Assembly: GCF_009914755.1 (NCBI RefSeq)
Contig: NC_060947.1
Direction: 5' to 3' (one strand)
DNA from: the human T2T-CHM13v2.0 reference genome, Homo sapiens
DNA length: 64,000 nucleotides
Shown: piece by piece, positions 42,698-57,800 of the stretch
Position numbering within the stretch: position 1 is the first letter of the stretch
How the letters are laid out: the number at the start of each line of letters is the position of its first letter
The notes under the pieces: generated by a model
Databases searched by the model: none
Told to the model about the DNA's origin: nothing
Seen by the model: only the letters and a program-made list of their open reading frames with translations
Translations under genes and position numbers: made by a program

Positions 42698-44747
42698 TGT
42701 TATTTTAAGATTCCTCCTTTTCAATCCATGTTGGGCAAGATGGCCCAATAGAAAATTGTCCAGTCTTGCAGCTCCAAGCAAGACCAATGCAGAAGGGGGT
42801 GATTTCTGCATTTCCAACTGAGATCAGGAGATTCCCTCATGTGCCTACACCTCCAGAGCCCTGGGTTTCAAGTACAAAACTGGGCCACTGTTTCGGCAGA
42901 CATCGAGCTAACTGGAGCAGTTTTTTTCATACCCCAGTGGTGCCTGGAACTCCAGCAAAATAAAACTGTCCACTCCCCTTGAAAGGGGGCTGAAGCCTCG
43001 GAGCCAAGTGGTCTTGATCAGTGGGTCCCACTCCCACGGAGCCCAGCTAGAAGCACTGGCTTGAAATTCTCACTGTCAGCACAGCAGTCGGAAGTCAACC
43101 TGGGATGATCAATCTTGGTGGGGGGAGGGGCTTCCGCCATTACTGAGGCTTGTGTAGACTGTTTCCCCCTGACAGTGCTAAGGAGGCTGGGAGGTTTTGA
43201 CTGGGCAGAAATCACCACAGTGTGGAAAAGTTCCTGTGGCCAGAATGCCTCTCTAGATTTCTCCTCACTGGGCAGGGCATTTCTGAAAGAAAGGCAGCAG
43301 CCCCAGTCAGAGGTTTATGGATATAACTCCCGTCTCTCTGAGACAGAGCACCTGGGAAAAGGGGACGCTGTGGGCACAACTTCAGCGGACTTAAACTTTT
43401 CTGCCTCGCAGCTCTGAAGACAGCAGCAGCTGACCCTGACAAGGAGATTCTCCCAGCACAACACTTGAGCTCTGCTAAAATACAGAAGGCCTCCTAGCGT
43501 GGACCCCTGACCACTGTCCCTCCTAACTGGGAGACACTTCCCAACAGGAGTTGACAGACACCTCATATAGGAGAGCTCTGGCTGGCATCAGGCTGGTACC
43601 CCTCTGGGATAAACCTTCCAGGGGAAGGAGCAGGCAGGAATCTTTGCTGTTCTGCAGCCTCCACTGGTGACACACAGGCAAAAAAGGATCTGGAGTGGAC
43701 CTCCAGCAAACTGCAGCAGACCTGCAGAATAGGGACTTGACTGTTAGAAGAAAAATTAACTAACAGAAAGCAACAACATTAACAAAAAGGACTCCCACAC
43801 AATAACTTCATCCAAAGGTCATCAGCCTCAAAGATCAAAGGTAGATAAATACATGAAGATGAGGAAAAGCCAGCACAAAAATGCTGAAAATTTCCAAAAC
43901 CAGAATGCCTCTTCTCCTCCAAATGATCCCAACTCCTCTGCAGCAAGAGCCCAAAACTCGGTGGAAAATGAGATTGGCAAATTGACAGAAGGTGGGTAAT
44001 AACAAACTACACTGAGCTAAAGGAACATGTTCTAACCCAATGCAAGGAAGCTAAGAAGCTTGATAAAAGGTTACAGGAACCGCTAACTAGAATAACCAGT
44101 TTAGATAGGAGCATGACCTCATGGAGCTGAAAAACACAGCACGAGAACTTTGTGAAGCATCCTGAAGTATCAATAGCCAAATCAATCAAGTGGAAGAAAG
44201 GATATAGGAGATTGAAAACCAAGTAACTGAAATAAGGCATGCAGACAAGATTAGAGAAAAAAGAATGAAAAGAACAAAGCGTCCAAGAAATATGGGACTA
44301 TGTGAAAAGACCAAACCTACAATTGCTTTGTGTGCCTGAAAGCGGACCTCTCTGAAGAAATCATACAATCCAGAAGGTAGTGGGGGCCAATATGCAACAT
44401 TCTTAAAGAAAAGAATTTTCAACCCAGAATTTTATATGCAGCAAACTAAGCTTCATAAGTGAAGGAGAAATAAAATCCTTTCCAGACAAGCAACTGCTGA
44501 GAGATTTTGTCACCATCAGGCCTGTCTTACAAAAGGTCCTAAAGGAAGCACTGAATATGGAAAGGAAAAACTGGTACCAGTCACTGCAAAAGCACACCAA
44601 AATATAAAGATGAGTGACGCTATAAAGAAACTGCTTCAACTAATGTGCAAAAGAATCAGCTAGCATCATGATGACGGAATCAAATTCACACATAACAATA
44701 TAAACCTTAAATGTAAATGGGCTAAATGCTCCAATTAAAAGACATGG

Positions 44748-45072
44748 GGTTGGGCGCACTGGCTGATACCTGTAATCCTAGCACTTTGGGAGGCTGAGAC
44801 AGGCAGATCACCTGAGGTCAGGAGTTTGAGACCAGCATGGCCAACATGGTGAAACCACGTCTCTACTAAAAATACAAAAAATTAGCTAGGTGTGGTGGTG
44901 GGCACCTGTAATCCCAGCTACTCAGGAAGCTGAGGCACTAGAATTGCTTGAACCCAGGAGGCAGAGGTTGCAGTGAGCCAAGATCACGCCACTGCACTCC
45001 AACCTGGGCGAGAGAGCAAGACTCTATCTCAAAAAATAATAATAATAAATAATAAAATAAAATAAAAATAAA
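44748..45072 (+). mobile_element. AluSx-like
   Basis: gatcacctgaggtcaggagtttgagacc...; A-rich tail; inserted at TT/AAAA at the start of L1 ORF2. Confidence 0.92.
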
Positions 45073-47277
45073 GACAAGAGACACAGACTGACAAATTAGA
45101 TAAAGAATCAAGACCCATCGGTGTACTGTATTCAGGAGACCCAACTCATGTGCAAAGACACACATAGGCTCAAAATAAACAGATGGAAGAATATTTGCCA
45201 AACAAATGGAAAGCAAAAAACAAACAAACAAAAAAGCAAAACAAAGCAGGGGTTACAATCCTAATCTGTAATAAAACAGACTTTAAACCATCAAAAATCA
45301 GAAAGGACAAAGACGAGCATTACATAATGGTAAAGGGATCAGTGCAACAAGAAGACTAACTACACTAAATATATATGCACCCATACAGGAGCACCCAGAT
45401 TCATAAAGCAAGTTCTTAAAGACCTACAAAGAGATTTAGACTCCTAAACAATAAGCATGGGAGACTTTAACACCCCACTGTCAATGTTAGACAGATCAAT
45501 GAGACAGAAAATTAAAAAGGACATTTAGTACTTCAACTCAACTTTGGACCAAGTGGACCTATTAAAAATCTGCAGAACTCTCCACCCAAAATCAACAAAA
45601 TATACATTCTTCTCAGCACCACGTAATTGAAAGTAAAAGACTCCTCAGCAAATGCAAAAGAATGGAATTCATAACAAACAGTCTCTCAGACCACAGTGCA
45701 ATCAAATTAGAACTCAGGATTAAGACACTCACTCAAAACCACACAACTACATGGAAATTGAACAACCTGCTCCTGAATGACTACTGTGTAAATAATAAAA
45801 TTAAGACAGAAATAAAGAAGTTATTTGAAACCCATGAGAACAAAGAAACAACATACCAGAATCTCTGGTACACAGCTAAAGCAGTGTAATGAGGGAAATT
45901 TACAGCACTAAATGCCCACATCAGAAAGCTGGAAAGATCTAAAATCGACACCTGAGCATCAAAATTAAAAGAACTAGAGAAGCAAGAGCAAGCAAATTCA
46001 AAAGCTAGCAGAAGACAAGAAATAACTAAGATTAGAGCAGAACAGAAGGATATAGAGACATGAAAAACCCTTCAAAAATCAATAAATTCAGAAGCTGGTT
46101 TTTAAAAAGATTAACAAAATGGATAGACAGCTAGCTATACTAATAAAGAAGAAGACAAAAGTAACAAACAGATACAATAAAAATGATAAAAGGGGATAGC
46201 TCCACTGATCCCACAGAAATACAAACTAACATCAAATAATCCTATAAACACCTCTATGCAAATAAACTAGAAAATCTAGAAGAAATTGACAAATTCCTAG
46301 AAAAATACACCCTCCAAAGACTAAACCAGGAGGAAGATGAATCCCTGAATAGAAAAATAACAAGTTTTAAAATTGAGGCAGTAATTAATAGGCTACCAAC
46401 CAAAAAAAGCCCAGGACCAGATGGATTCAGGACCGAATTCTATCAGAGGTACAAAGAAGATCTGGTACCATTCTTTCTGAAACTATTCCAAGGCCAATAT
46501 CCCTGATGAACTTCGATGTGAATATCCTTAATAAAATACTGGAAAACCAAGTCCAGCAGCACATCAAAAAGCATATCCGCCACAATCAAGTTGGCTTCAT
46601 CCCTGGGATGCAAGGCTGATTCAACATACACAAATCAATAAATGTAATCTGTCACATAAACAGAACGAATGACAAAAACCACATGATTATCTCAACAGTT
46701 GCAGAAATGACCTTCGATAAAATTAAACATCCCTTCATACTAAAAACTCAATAAATTAGGTATTGATGGAACATATCTCAAAATAATAAGAGCTAATTAT
46801 GAAAAACCCACAGCCAATATCATACAGAATGGGCAAAAGCTGGAAGTATTCCCTTTGAAAGCTGACACAAGACAAGGATGCCCTCTCTCACCACTCCTAT
46901 TCAACATACTATTGGAAGTTCTGGCCAGGGCAATCAGACAAGAGAAAGAAATAAAGCATATTCAAATAGGAAGAGAGGAAGTCAAATTGTCTGTTTGCAG
47001 ATGATATGATTGTATAGTTAGAAAACCCCATCATCTCAGCCCCAAAATTCCTTAAGCTGATAAGCAACTTCAGCAAAGTCTCAGGATACAAAATCAATGT
47101 GCAAAAATCACAAGAATTCCTATATACCAACAATATAGAAGCAAAGAGCCAAATCCTAAGTGAACTCCCATTCACAATTGCTACAAAGGGAATAAAATAC
47201 CTAGGAATACAACTTACAGGGATGTGAAGGACCTCTTCAAGGAGATCTACAAACCAGTGCTCAAAAATAAAAAATAA

Positions 47278-48885
<1,608 letters not shown>

Positions 48886-51874
48886 ATCCATTCTCATGGA
48901 TAGGAAGAATCAGTATTGTAAAAATGCCCATAATACCCAAAGTAATTTATAGATTCAATGCTATCCCCATCAAACTACCATTGATGTTCTTCACAGAATT
49001 TGATACAACTACTTTAAATTTTATATGGAACAAAAAAGAGATAATCCTAAGCAAAAAGAACAAAGTTGGAGGCATGAGGCAACCTGACTTCAAACTATAC
49101 TACAAGCCTACAGTGACCAAAACAGCATGATAGTGATACCAGAAAAGATATATAGACCAAATGAAACAGAAGAGAGACCTTATAAATAACATCACACAAC
49201 TACAACCAAATGATGCTCAACAAACCTGACAAAAACAAGCAATCGGGAAAGGATTTCCTATTTAGTAAATAGTGCTGGGAATACTGGCTAGCCATATGAA
49301 GAAAATAGAAACTGGACTCTTTCCTTACATCTTATACAAAAATTAACTCAAGACAAATTAAAGACTTAAATGTAAAATCAAAACCATAAAAACCATAGAA
49401 GAAAACCTGGGAATACCATTTAGGATATAGGCATGGGCAAGGACTTCATGTCTAAAATACCAAAAGCAATGGCAACAAAAGCCAAAATTGACAAATGGGA
49501 TCTAATTAAACTAAAGAGCTTCTGCACTACAAAAGAAACTATCATCAGAGTGAACAGCAACCTACAAATGGGAGAAATTTTTTGCAATCTATCCATCTGA
49601 CAAAGGTCTAATATCCAGAATCTACAAGGAACTTAAACAAATATACAAGAAAAAAACAAGCCCATCAGAAAATGGGCAAAGGATATGAACAGACGTTTCT
49701 CAAAAGAAGACATTTATGTGGCCAACAAACAGATGAAAAAATGCTCATCATCACTGGTCATCAGAGATATGCAAATCAAAACCACAATGAGATACCATAT
49801 CACGCTAGTTAGAATGGCAATCATTAATAAGTCAGGAAACAACAGGTGCCGGTAAGGATGTGGAGAAATAGGAATACTTTTACACTGTTGGTGGGAGTGT
49901 AAATTACTTCAACCATTGTGGAAGACAGTGTGGTAATTCCTCAAGTATCTAGAAACAGAAATACCATTACACTCATTAAACCCATTACTAGGTATATACC
50001 CAAAGTATTATAAATCATGCTACTATAAAGACACATGCACACATATGTTTATTGCAGCACTATTTGCAATTGCAAAGACTTGGAACCAACTCGAATGCCC
50101 ATCATTGATAGACTGGATAAAGAAAATGTGGCACATATACACCATAGAATACTCTGCAGCCATAAAAAAGAATGAGTTCAAGTCCTTTGCAGGGATATGG
50201 ATGAAGCTGGAAAAAAATCATTCTCATCAAACTAACACAGGAAGAGAAAATCAAACACCGTATGTTCTCACTCATAAGTGGGAGTCGAACAATGAGAACA
50301 CATGGGCACAGGAAGGGGAACATCACACACTGGGGCCTGTCGGGGGGTGGGAGGGAGAGCGTTAGGACAAATGATGCATATAGGGCTTAAAATCTAGATG
50401 ACAGTTTGATAGGCGCAGCAAACCATTATGACACATGTATACGTATGTAACAAACCTGCAGGTTCATCCCAGAACTTAAAGCAAAATTACAATAAAATAA
50501 AATAAAACAAAATAAAATAAAATAAAATGGATTAAATACTTAAATTTAAGGTCTCAAGCTATGAAACTACTACCAGAAAACATTGGGGAAAAACTTCACC
50601 ACATTGGTCTGGGCAAAGATTTCTTGAGCAATGCACATAAGCACATGAAACCAATGCAAAAATTGACAAATGGGACGAAATCAAGTTAAAAAAAAAAAGA
50701 AACTTTTGCACACCAAAGGATGGAGTAAACAACATGAAGAGAAAACCTACAAAATGTAAAAAAAAAAAAAAAAAAAAAAAAATTTGCAAACAACCCATCT
50801 GGCAAAAGCTTAAACACCAAAATATATAAGGAGCTCAAACAGCTTTATAAGCAAAAATCTAACAACCCAACCAAAAATGAGCAAAATATCTAAATAGACA
50901 TTTTTTAAAGTAAGACATACAAATGGCAAACAGGCTTATGAAAAGGTGCTCAACATCAGTGATCATCAGTGAAATGGAAATGAAAATTACAAAGAGATAT
51001 CATCTCACCTTAGCTAAAATTACCTATATCCAAAAGACAGGCAATAACAAATGCTGGTAAGGATGTGGAGAAAAGGGAACACTTGTACACTGTGGGTGGA
51101 ACTGTAAATTAGTATAATCACTATGGAGAACAGTTTGCAGGGTTCCTTACAATACTAAAAACAGAGCTACCATATAATCCAGCAATCCCACTGTTGAGCA
51201 CATACCAAAAAGAGAGGAAATCAGTATATCAAAGAGGTATCTACACTCCTTTGTTTGTTGCAGCCCTGTTTACAGAAGCTAAGATTTGGAAGCAACCTAA
51301 GTGTCCATTAACAGATAAATAGATAAATAAAATATGGTACCTATACCCAATAGATACTATTCAGTCATAAAAAAGAATGAGATCCAGTCATTTGCAACAA
51401 TACGAATAGAACTGGAGATTATTATATTAAGTGAAATACACAAGACACAAAAAGACAACTCATGTTCTCACTTATTTGTGGGATCTAAAAATTAAATAAA
51501 CTGAATTCATGGAGATAGAGAGTAGGAAGATGGTTACCAGAAGATGGGAGGGGTAGTGAGGGCCTAGGGTGTGTTGCAGATGGTTAATTGTTACAAAAGC
51601 AATTAGTTAAAAAGAATGAATGAGACCTACTATTTGATAACACAAGGTGACGATAATCAATAACTTAACTGTACATCTTTACATAGCTTTAAGAGTTTAA
51701 TTGGATTATTTGCAAGTCAATGGATAAAAGCTAGAGGGGATGTATACCCCATTCTTAATGATGTGCTTATTTCACACTGCATGTCTGTATCAAAACCTCT
51801 CATGTAACCTGTAAATATATACACCTACTATATACCCACAAAATTAAAATTAAATAATTAATTTTAAAAATAAT

Positions 51875-53369
51875 GATAAACAAGTGATCTAATGGAACAT
51901 AATAAAGATCACAGAAACAAATCTCCACCCCTACACTAAACTCATTTTTGACAAAAGAGCCAAGAACATACACTAGGGAATCAACATTCTCTTCAATAAA
52001 TGGTGCTGAGAAAACTGGATATCCATATGAAGAAGAATGAAACTAGACCCCTGTCTCTTACCATATACAAAAATCAAACTAAAATGGATTAAATACTCAC
52101 ATCTAAGACCTCAATCTATGAAACTACTACAATAAAACTTTGGCAAAAATCTCCAGGACATTGGTTTAGACAATGATTTCTTGAGCAATACTCCATAAGC
52201 ACAGGCAACCAAATCAAAAGTGGACAAATGAGAGCACATCAAGTTAAAACGTTTCTGCACAGTAAAATATACTATCAACAAAGTGACAAGACAACACCCA
52301 GAATGGGAGAAGATATGTAAAAACTACTCAGCTGACTGGAACATATAAGGAGCTCAAACAACTCTATAGGAAAAATAAGATCAAAAATTTGGCAAAAGAT
52401 TTGCATAGATGTTTCATAAAAATGGCAAACAGGCACATGAAAAGGTGTTCAACATCACTGATCATCAGAGAAATGCAAACCAAAACTACATTGAGATATA
52501 ATCCCATTCCAGGTACGACGTCTTCTATTCAAACAGGCAATAACAAATGCTGATTATCATGTGTGTGGAGAAAAAGGAACTCTTGTACACTATTAATGGG
52601 AATGTAAATTAGTACAGCCCACTAAGGACAATAGTTTGGATGTTCCTCACAAAACTAAATATTGAGCTGCCATATGATTCAGCAATTGCCCTGCTGGATA
52701 CATACCCCAAATAAAGGAAATTAGTACATCAAAAAGATATCCTCACTCCTATGTTTGTTGAGGCACTGTTTACAATAGCTAAGATATGGAAGCAACCTAA
52801 GTGCTCATCCACAGATGAATAGATTTAAAAATGTGGTTTATATACAAGATAGAGTACTATTAAGCCATAAAAAGAATGAGATTCAGTCACTTACAACAAC
52901 ATGGGTGGAACTGGAGATCATAATGTTAAGTTAAATAAGCCAGGCACAGAAAGACAAACACCACATGTTCTCACATATTTGTAGAATCTAAAAAACCAAA
53001 TAATTGAACTCATGGACATAGATACTAGAAGAATGGTTTACCAGAGGCTGGGAAGGGTAATAGAAAATGGGGGGAGGTGGACATGGTTAATGGGGACAAA
53101 AATAATGAGAAAGAATGAATAAGACCTTCTATTTTGTAGCTCAACAGAGTGACTATAGTCATTAATAATTTAATTGTACATTTAGAAATAACCTAAAGGG
53201 TAATTGGATTGATTTTAATACAAAAGATAAATGTTTGAGGATTTGGATACCCCATTCTCCAAGATGTGCTTATTTCAAATTACATACCTGTATAAAATAT
53301 CTCATGTACCTTATAAATATATACACTTAGTGTGTACCCACAAAAATTTAAAAATGTAAAAACCTTTAA
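51875..53369 (+). mobile_element. Second L1MA 3' portion in tandem with the preceding L1MA
   Basis: Restarts at aatggaacataataaagatcacagaaacaaatc and ends tacccacaaaaatttaaaaa. Confidence 0.85.
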
Positions 53370-53783
53370 AAAGATACAAGTAGTTTATGTACTGCAACTA
53401 CAGTGTTATAACATTCTGTGTACTTGCTGTTACCACTGAGTTTTGTACCTTCTGATGGTTTATTCTTGCTCATTAACATCTTTTTCTTTTAGATTAAAGA
53501 ACTTTCTTTAGCATTTCTTGTAGCACAAGCTTAGTGTTGATGAAATTCTTCAACTTTGGTTTGTCTGAGCAAGTCTTTATTTCTCCTTTCTACTTGAATG
53601 TTATTTTGCTGGATATGCTATTCAAGAATACATGTATTTTTTTCCTTCCACACATTAAATATGTCATGTAATTCTCTCCTTGCCTGTATGGTTTTCACTG
53701 AAAAGTTCACTGCTGGATGTATCGGAGTTCCATTGTATGTTATTTATTTTGTTTCTCATGCTGCTTTTAGGAAACTTTTTTTT

Positions 53784-53878
53784 AACATATAATGCAATTT
53801 CACACTTAATAGGATATGGTATAGTGTAAACATAACTTTCATATGCACCAGGAAACAAAAAATATGTGTGATTCTCTC
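53784..53878 (+). mobile_element. Tigger1 internal fragment
   Basis: cacacttaatagga.atggtatagtgtaaacataactttcatatgcaccaggaaacaaaaaatatgtgtgattc resembles the Tigger1 subterminal region; no TIR present. Confidence 0.7.
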
Positions 53879-54811
53879 TTTTTTTTATTATACTTTAAGT
53901 TCTAGGGTACATGTGCACAACATGCAGGTTTGTTACATATGTATACATGCGCCATGTTGGTTTGCTGCACCCATTAACTCGTCATTTACATTAGGTATTT
54001 CTCCTAATGCTATACCTCCCCCCTCCCCCCACCCCATGACAGGCCCCTGTGTGTGATGTACCCCGCCCTGTGTCCAAGTGTTCTCATTGTTCAATTCCCA
54101 CCTATGAGTGAGAACATGTGGTGTTTGGTTTTCTGCCCTTGTGATAGTTTGCTCAGAATGATGGTTTCCAGCTTCATCCATGCCCCTGCAAAGGACATGA
54201 ACTCATCCTTTTTTATGGCTGCATAGTATTCCATGGTGTATATGTGCCACACTTTCTTAATCCAGTCTACCTTTGATGGACATTTGGGTTGGTTCCAAGT
54301 CTTTGCTATTGTGAATAGTGCCACAATAAACATATGTGTGCATGTGTCTTTATAGTAGCATGGTTTATAATCCTTTGGGTATATACCCAGTAATGGGATC
54401 ACTGGGTCAAATGGTATTTCTAGTTCTTGATCCTTGAGGAAGCACCACACTGTCTTTCACAATGGTTGAACTAGTTTACAGTCCCACCAACAGTGTAAAA
54501 GTGTTCCTATTTCTCCACATCCTCTCTAGCACCTGTTGTTTCCTGACTTTTTAATGATTGCCATTCTAACTGGTGTGAGATGGTATCTCATTGTGGTTTT
54601 GATTTGCATTTCTCTGATGACCAGTGATGATGAGCATTTTTTCATGTGTCTTTTGGCTGCATAAATGTCTTCTTTTGAGAAGTGTCTGTTCATATCATTC
54701 ACCCACTTTTTGATGGGGTTTTTTGATTTTTTCTTGTAAATTTGTTTGAGTTCTTTGTGGATTCTGGGTATTAGTCCTTTATCAGATGGGTAGATTGCAA
54801 AAATTTTCTCC
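53879..54811 (-). mobile_element. 5'-truncated L1PA5/6-like 3' end
   Basis: ttattatactttaagttctagggtacatgtgc...; track ORF 54091-54450 is the ORF2 C-terminus. Confidence 0.92.
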
Positions 54812-57800
54812 TTTCTTTATCCTTGACCTTTGGGAGTTTGATTATTAAATGCCTTGAGGTAGTCTTCTTTGGGTTAAATTTGCTTGGTGTTCTATAACCT
54901 TCTTGTACTTAACTATCGATATCTTCATCTAGGCTTCAGAAGTTATCTGATATTATTCATTTGAATAAACTTTCCACCCATGTCTTTTTCTCTACCTCCT
55001 CTTTAAGGCCAATAACTCTTAGATTTACCATTTTGGGTCTATTTTCCAGATCTTGTAGACATACTTTATTCTATTTTATGGTTTTGCTTTTCATTTGTCT
55101 TCTCTTATTGTGTGTTTTCAAGCTCACAAATTCTTCTGCTTGATCAATTCTGCATAAAGAGACTGATGCATGCTTCTGTATGTCAATTGTACTATTCAAC
55201 TCTAGAATTTCTGATTGATTCTTTTTAATTATTTCAGTCTCTTTGTTCAATTAATATGTTAGAATTCTGAATAGTTTCATTTTGTTATCTTGCATTTCTT
55301 TGAGTTTTCTCAACACAGGTATTTTGAATTATCTGTCTGTAGGGTCACATATCTCTGTTTTTTGAGGATTGGTCCCTGGCGCCTTATTTGTTTCATTTAG
55401 TGAGGTCATGTATTCCTGGATTGTCTTGATGCTTGTAGATGTTCACTGGTGTCAGAGCATTAATGAGTTAGGCATTTATTATAATATTTGCAGTCTGACC
55501 TGTTTGTGCTCATCTTTCTGGGGAAGACTTTACAGGTATTTAAAAAAAATTGAGCCCCAAGCTCAATAACTCTGTGTTTTTTTTGCAGACTCATAGCGGT
55601 ACCACCATGGTGGCCTTGGAAAAGATCCAGAACATTTCTCTGAATTACCAGTAAGAGACCCTTCTTATTTTCTCTTACTGTCTCTCAAATAAATGGAGTC
55701 TCTCTCTCTCTCTCTCTGTGCTGAGCCATCTTGAATGTTGCATGTTGATGCAAGTACCTCTGTGGTCACCACCACTGGAACTGTGCTGCATCTAACCTGA
55801 AGACAGCAAAACACTGGGGCTTGCCTAAGGTCTGCTGTAAGCACTACCAGGCTACCATCTATGTTCACTCAAAGCCCTAGGACTTTTCAATCAGCAAGTG
55901 TGTTCTTCCCTTCAGAGTGGCTAGTTTCCTAAGGTCCTGGGCAGGTCCAGAGATGTTGTCTGGGAGCCAGTTATTGGAGTCAAAAGCCTTAAAAATTTAT
56001 CTTATGTTCTATTCTATTGTAGTAAGCTGGCACTCAAACCACGATACAAAGTCCTTCCCACTCTTCTCTTCCCTTTCCAAAGGCAAAGATGCCTCTCACT
56101 GTGGCCACCACCACCACCATTCCATGGGGAGTTCTGCCAGGCTACTGTCAATGTTCACTTAAAGCTTTGAAAGGTCACTTCAGTCAGCTTGTGGTGAATG
56201 CTGCCAGGACTGGGACTCACCCTTCAGAAAAGTGAGCTCCCCTCTGGCCCAGGACAGGTCCAGAAATGCTGTCCAAGAACCTAGGTCTGGACTCGGGAAC
56301 CCTAGGAGGCTGCTTGTTGCTCTACCTCACTTTGGACATACCTAAAGTGCAAGACAAAGTCCCCTTTACTCTTCCCTCTGCTTTTCTCAAACAGGAGTCT
56401 TTCACCAGAGCCACCACAGCTGGCTATGTGCTGAGGTACACCTGAAGTCAGCATGTCTCAGAGCTCAAGTCCTATCGTGTACTACCTGTGTATCAACGCT
56501 GGTTATGCAGAGCCCAAAAGCTCTTTAGTCAGGAGGTGATAAATCTGGTCAGGACTGGGTCCTTCCCTTCAAGGTGTTCAGTTTCCCTTTTATCCAGGGT
56601 TGTCTAAAACTGTCATCTATGAGCTAGGGCCTGGAATGGGGGCCTTTTGACTGCCCAGTGCCCTTTCCTACTTTGGCTGAGTTGGTATCCAAGAGGCAAG
56701 ATGAAGTCCTTCTTACTCTTTGCTCTCCTTTTCTTAACCAGAATGAAGAAGTCACTTTTATTGCTATGAGCTGTACTGCATAGAGCTTTGGGAGGTGTGG
56801 CATAAGCAACCCCTTAGCCACTTAACTGGTGTCTCCCTAGGCCGCATGCCACCCTAGTCTACTGCTTCTGAGCCCAGCCCAGCACTAGGAGTTGTGTAGG
56901 AATTATAGTCCTTGTGTCCTAGACTAGGGCCTGTCAAGTTTACCTAGAACCCCAGAGTGCTATGGCCCATGAAGGTGAGGCTTGCTGAGAAACTTAAGTT
57001 CCAACCACTGGGATGGGCAAATCTTTTCTGACTAGGGCTGATCCAAACGTTCCTTCCATGGGTGGATGCCGACTGAGCCCAGCATGACTTTGCTCTCCAC
57101 TGAGACAGGGCAGCACAGAGTTCAATGTAAAGTTCCCTAGTCTCTGCACTCTCCCTCCTCCACACATTCTCTCTTCATGCCATGTGGCCACAGCCAGAGC
57201 AGGGCAGAGGGGTGGCATCAGCAATTCAAGACTGTCTCTTCCACCCTCTTCAATGCCTCTTTCAGCAATATGACATTAAAACCACATACTGTGATTGCTC
57301 ACCTGATTTTTGGTTCTTGTGACAGTACTTTTCTGTGTGTAGATAATTGTTAAAATTTAGTGTTCTTATGAAGGAGATGAATGGTGTAGCCTTCTATTCT
57401 GCCATATTGCTACACTTCCTTAAAATTTCAATAGGATTTTCATTTAACCTATAGATCAATTTATAGAGAATTGACATCTTTATGATGTTGAGTCATCCAA
57501 CTCATGAACACAGTATGCCTCTCTCCATTTATTTACATTGTTTTTTTCAGGCCTTTGTGTTTTCAGCATACATATACTGTACACATTTTGTTAAGTATAT
57601 GTCTAAGGAGTTCATTTTATTGGAGTGAATGTAAATACTTTAAATTAAGATTTCCTCATTATCATTCCTAATATCTAGAAATGTATCTGATTTCTGTGTG
57701 TTCATCTAGTATCCTAAGACCTTGCTGAAGTCACTTACTATTTTTAGAAGTTGTTTTGTAGATTTATTAGGATTTTCTAGGAAACAATTATGTCATCTAT

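Noticed and set aside
50758-50782. A25 run suggesting a separate retro-insertion
   Set aside because: L1 ORF2 sequence is continuous across it, with no TSD or poly(A) signal; simple slippage expansion.
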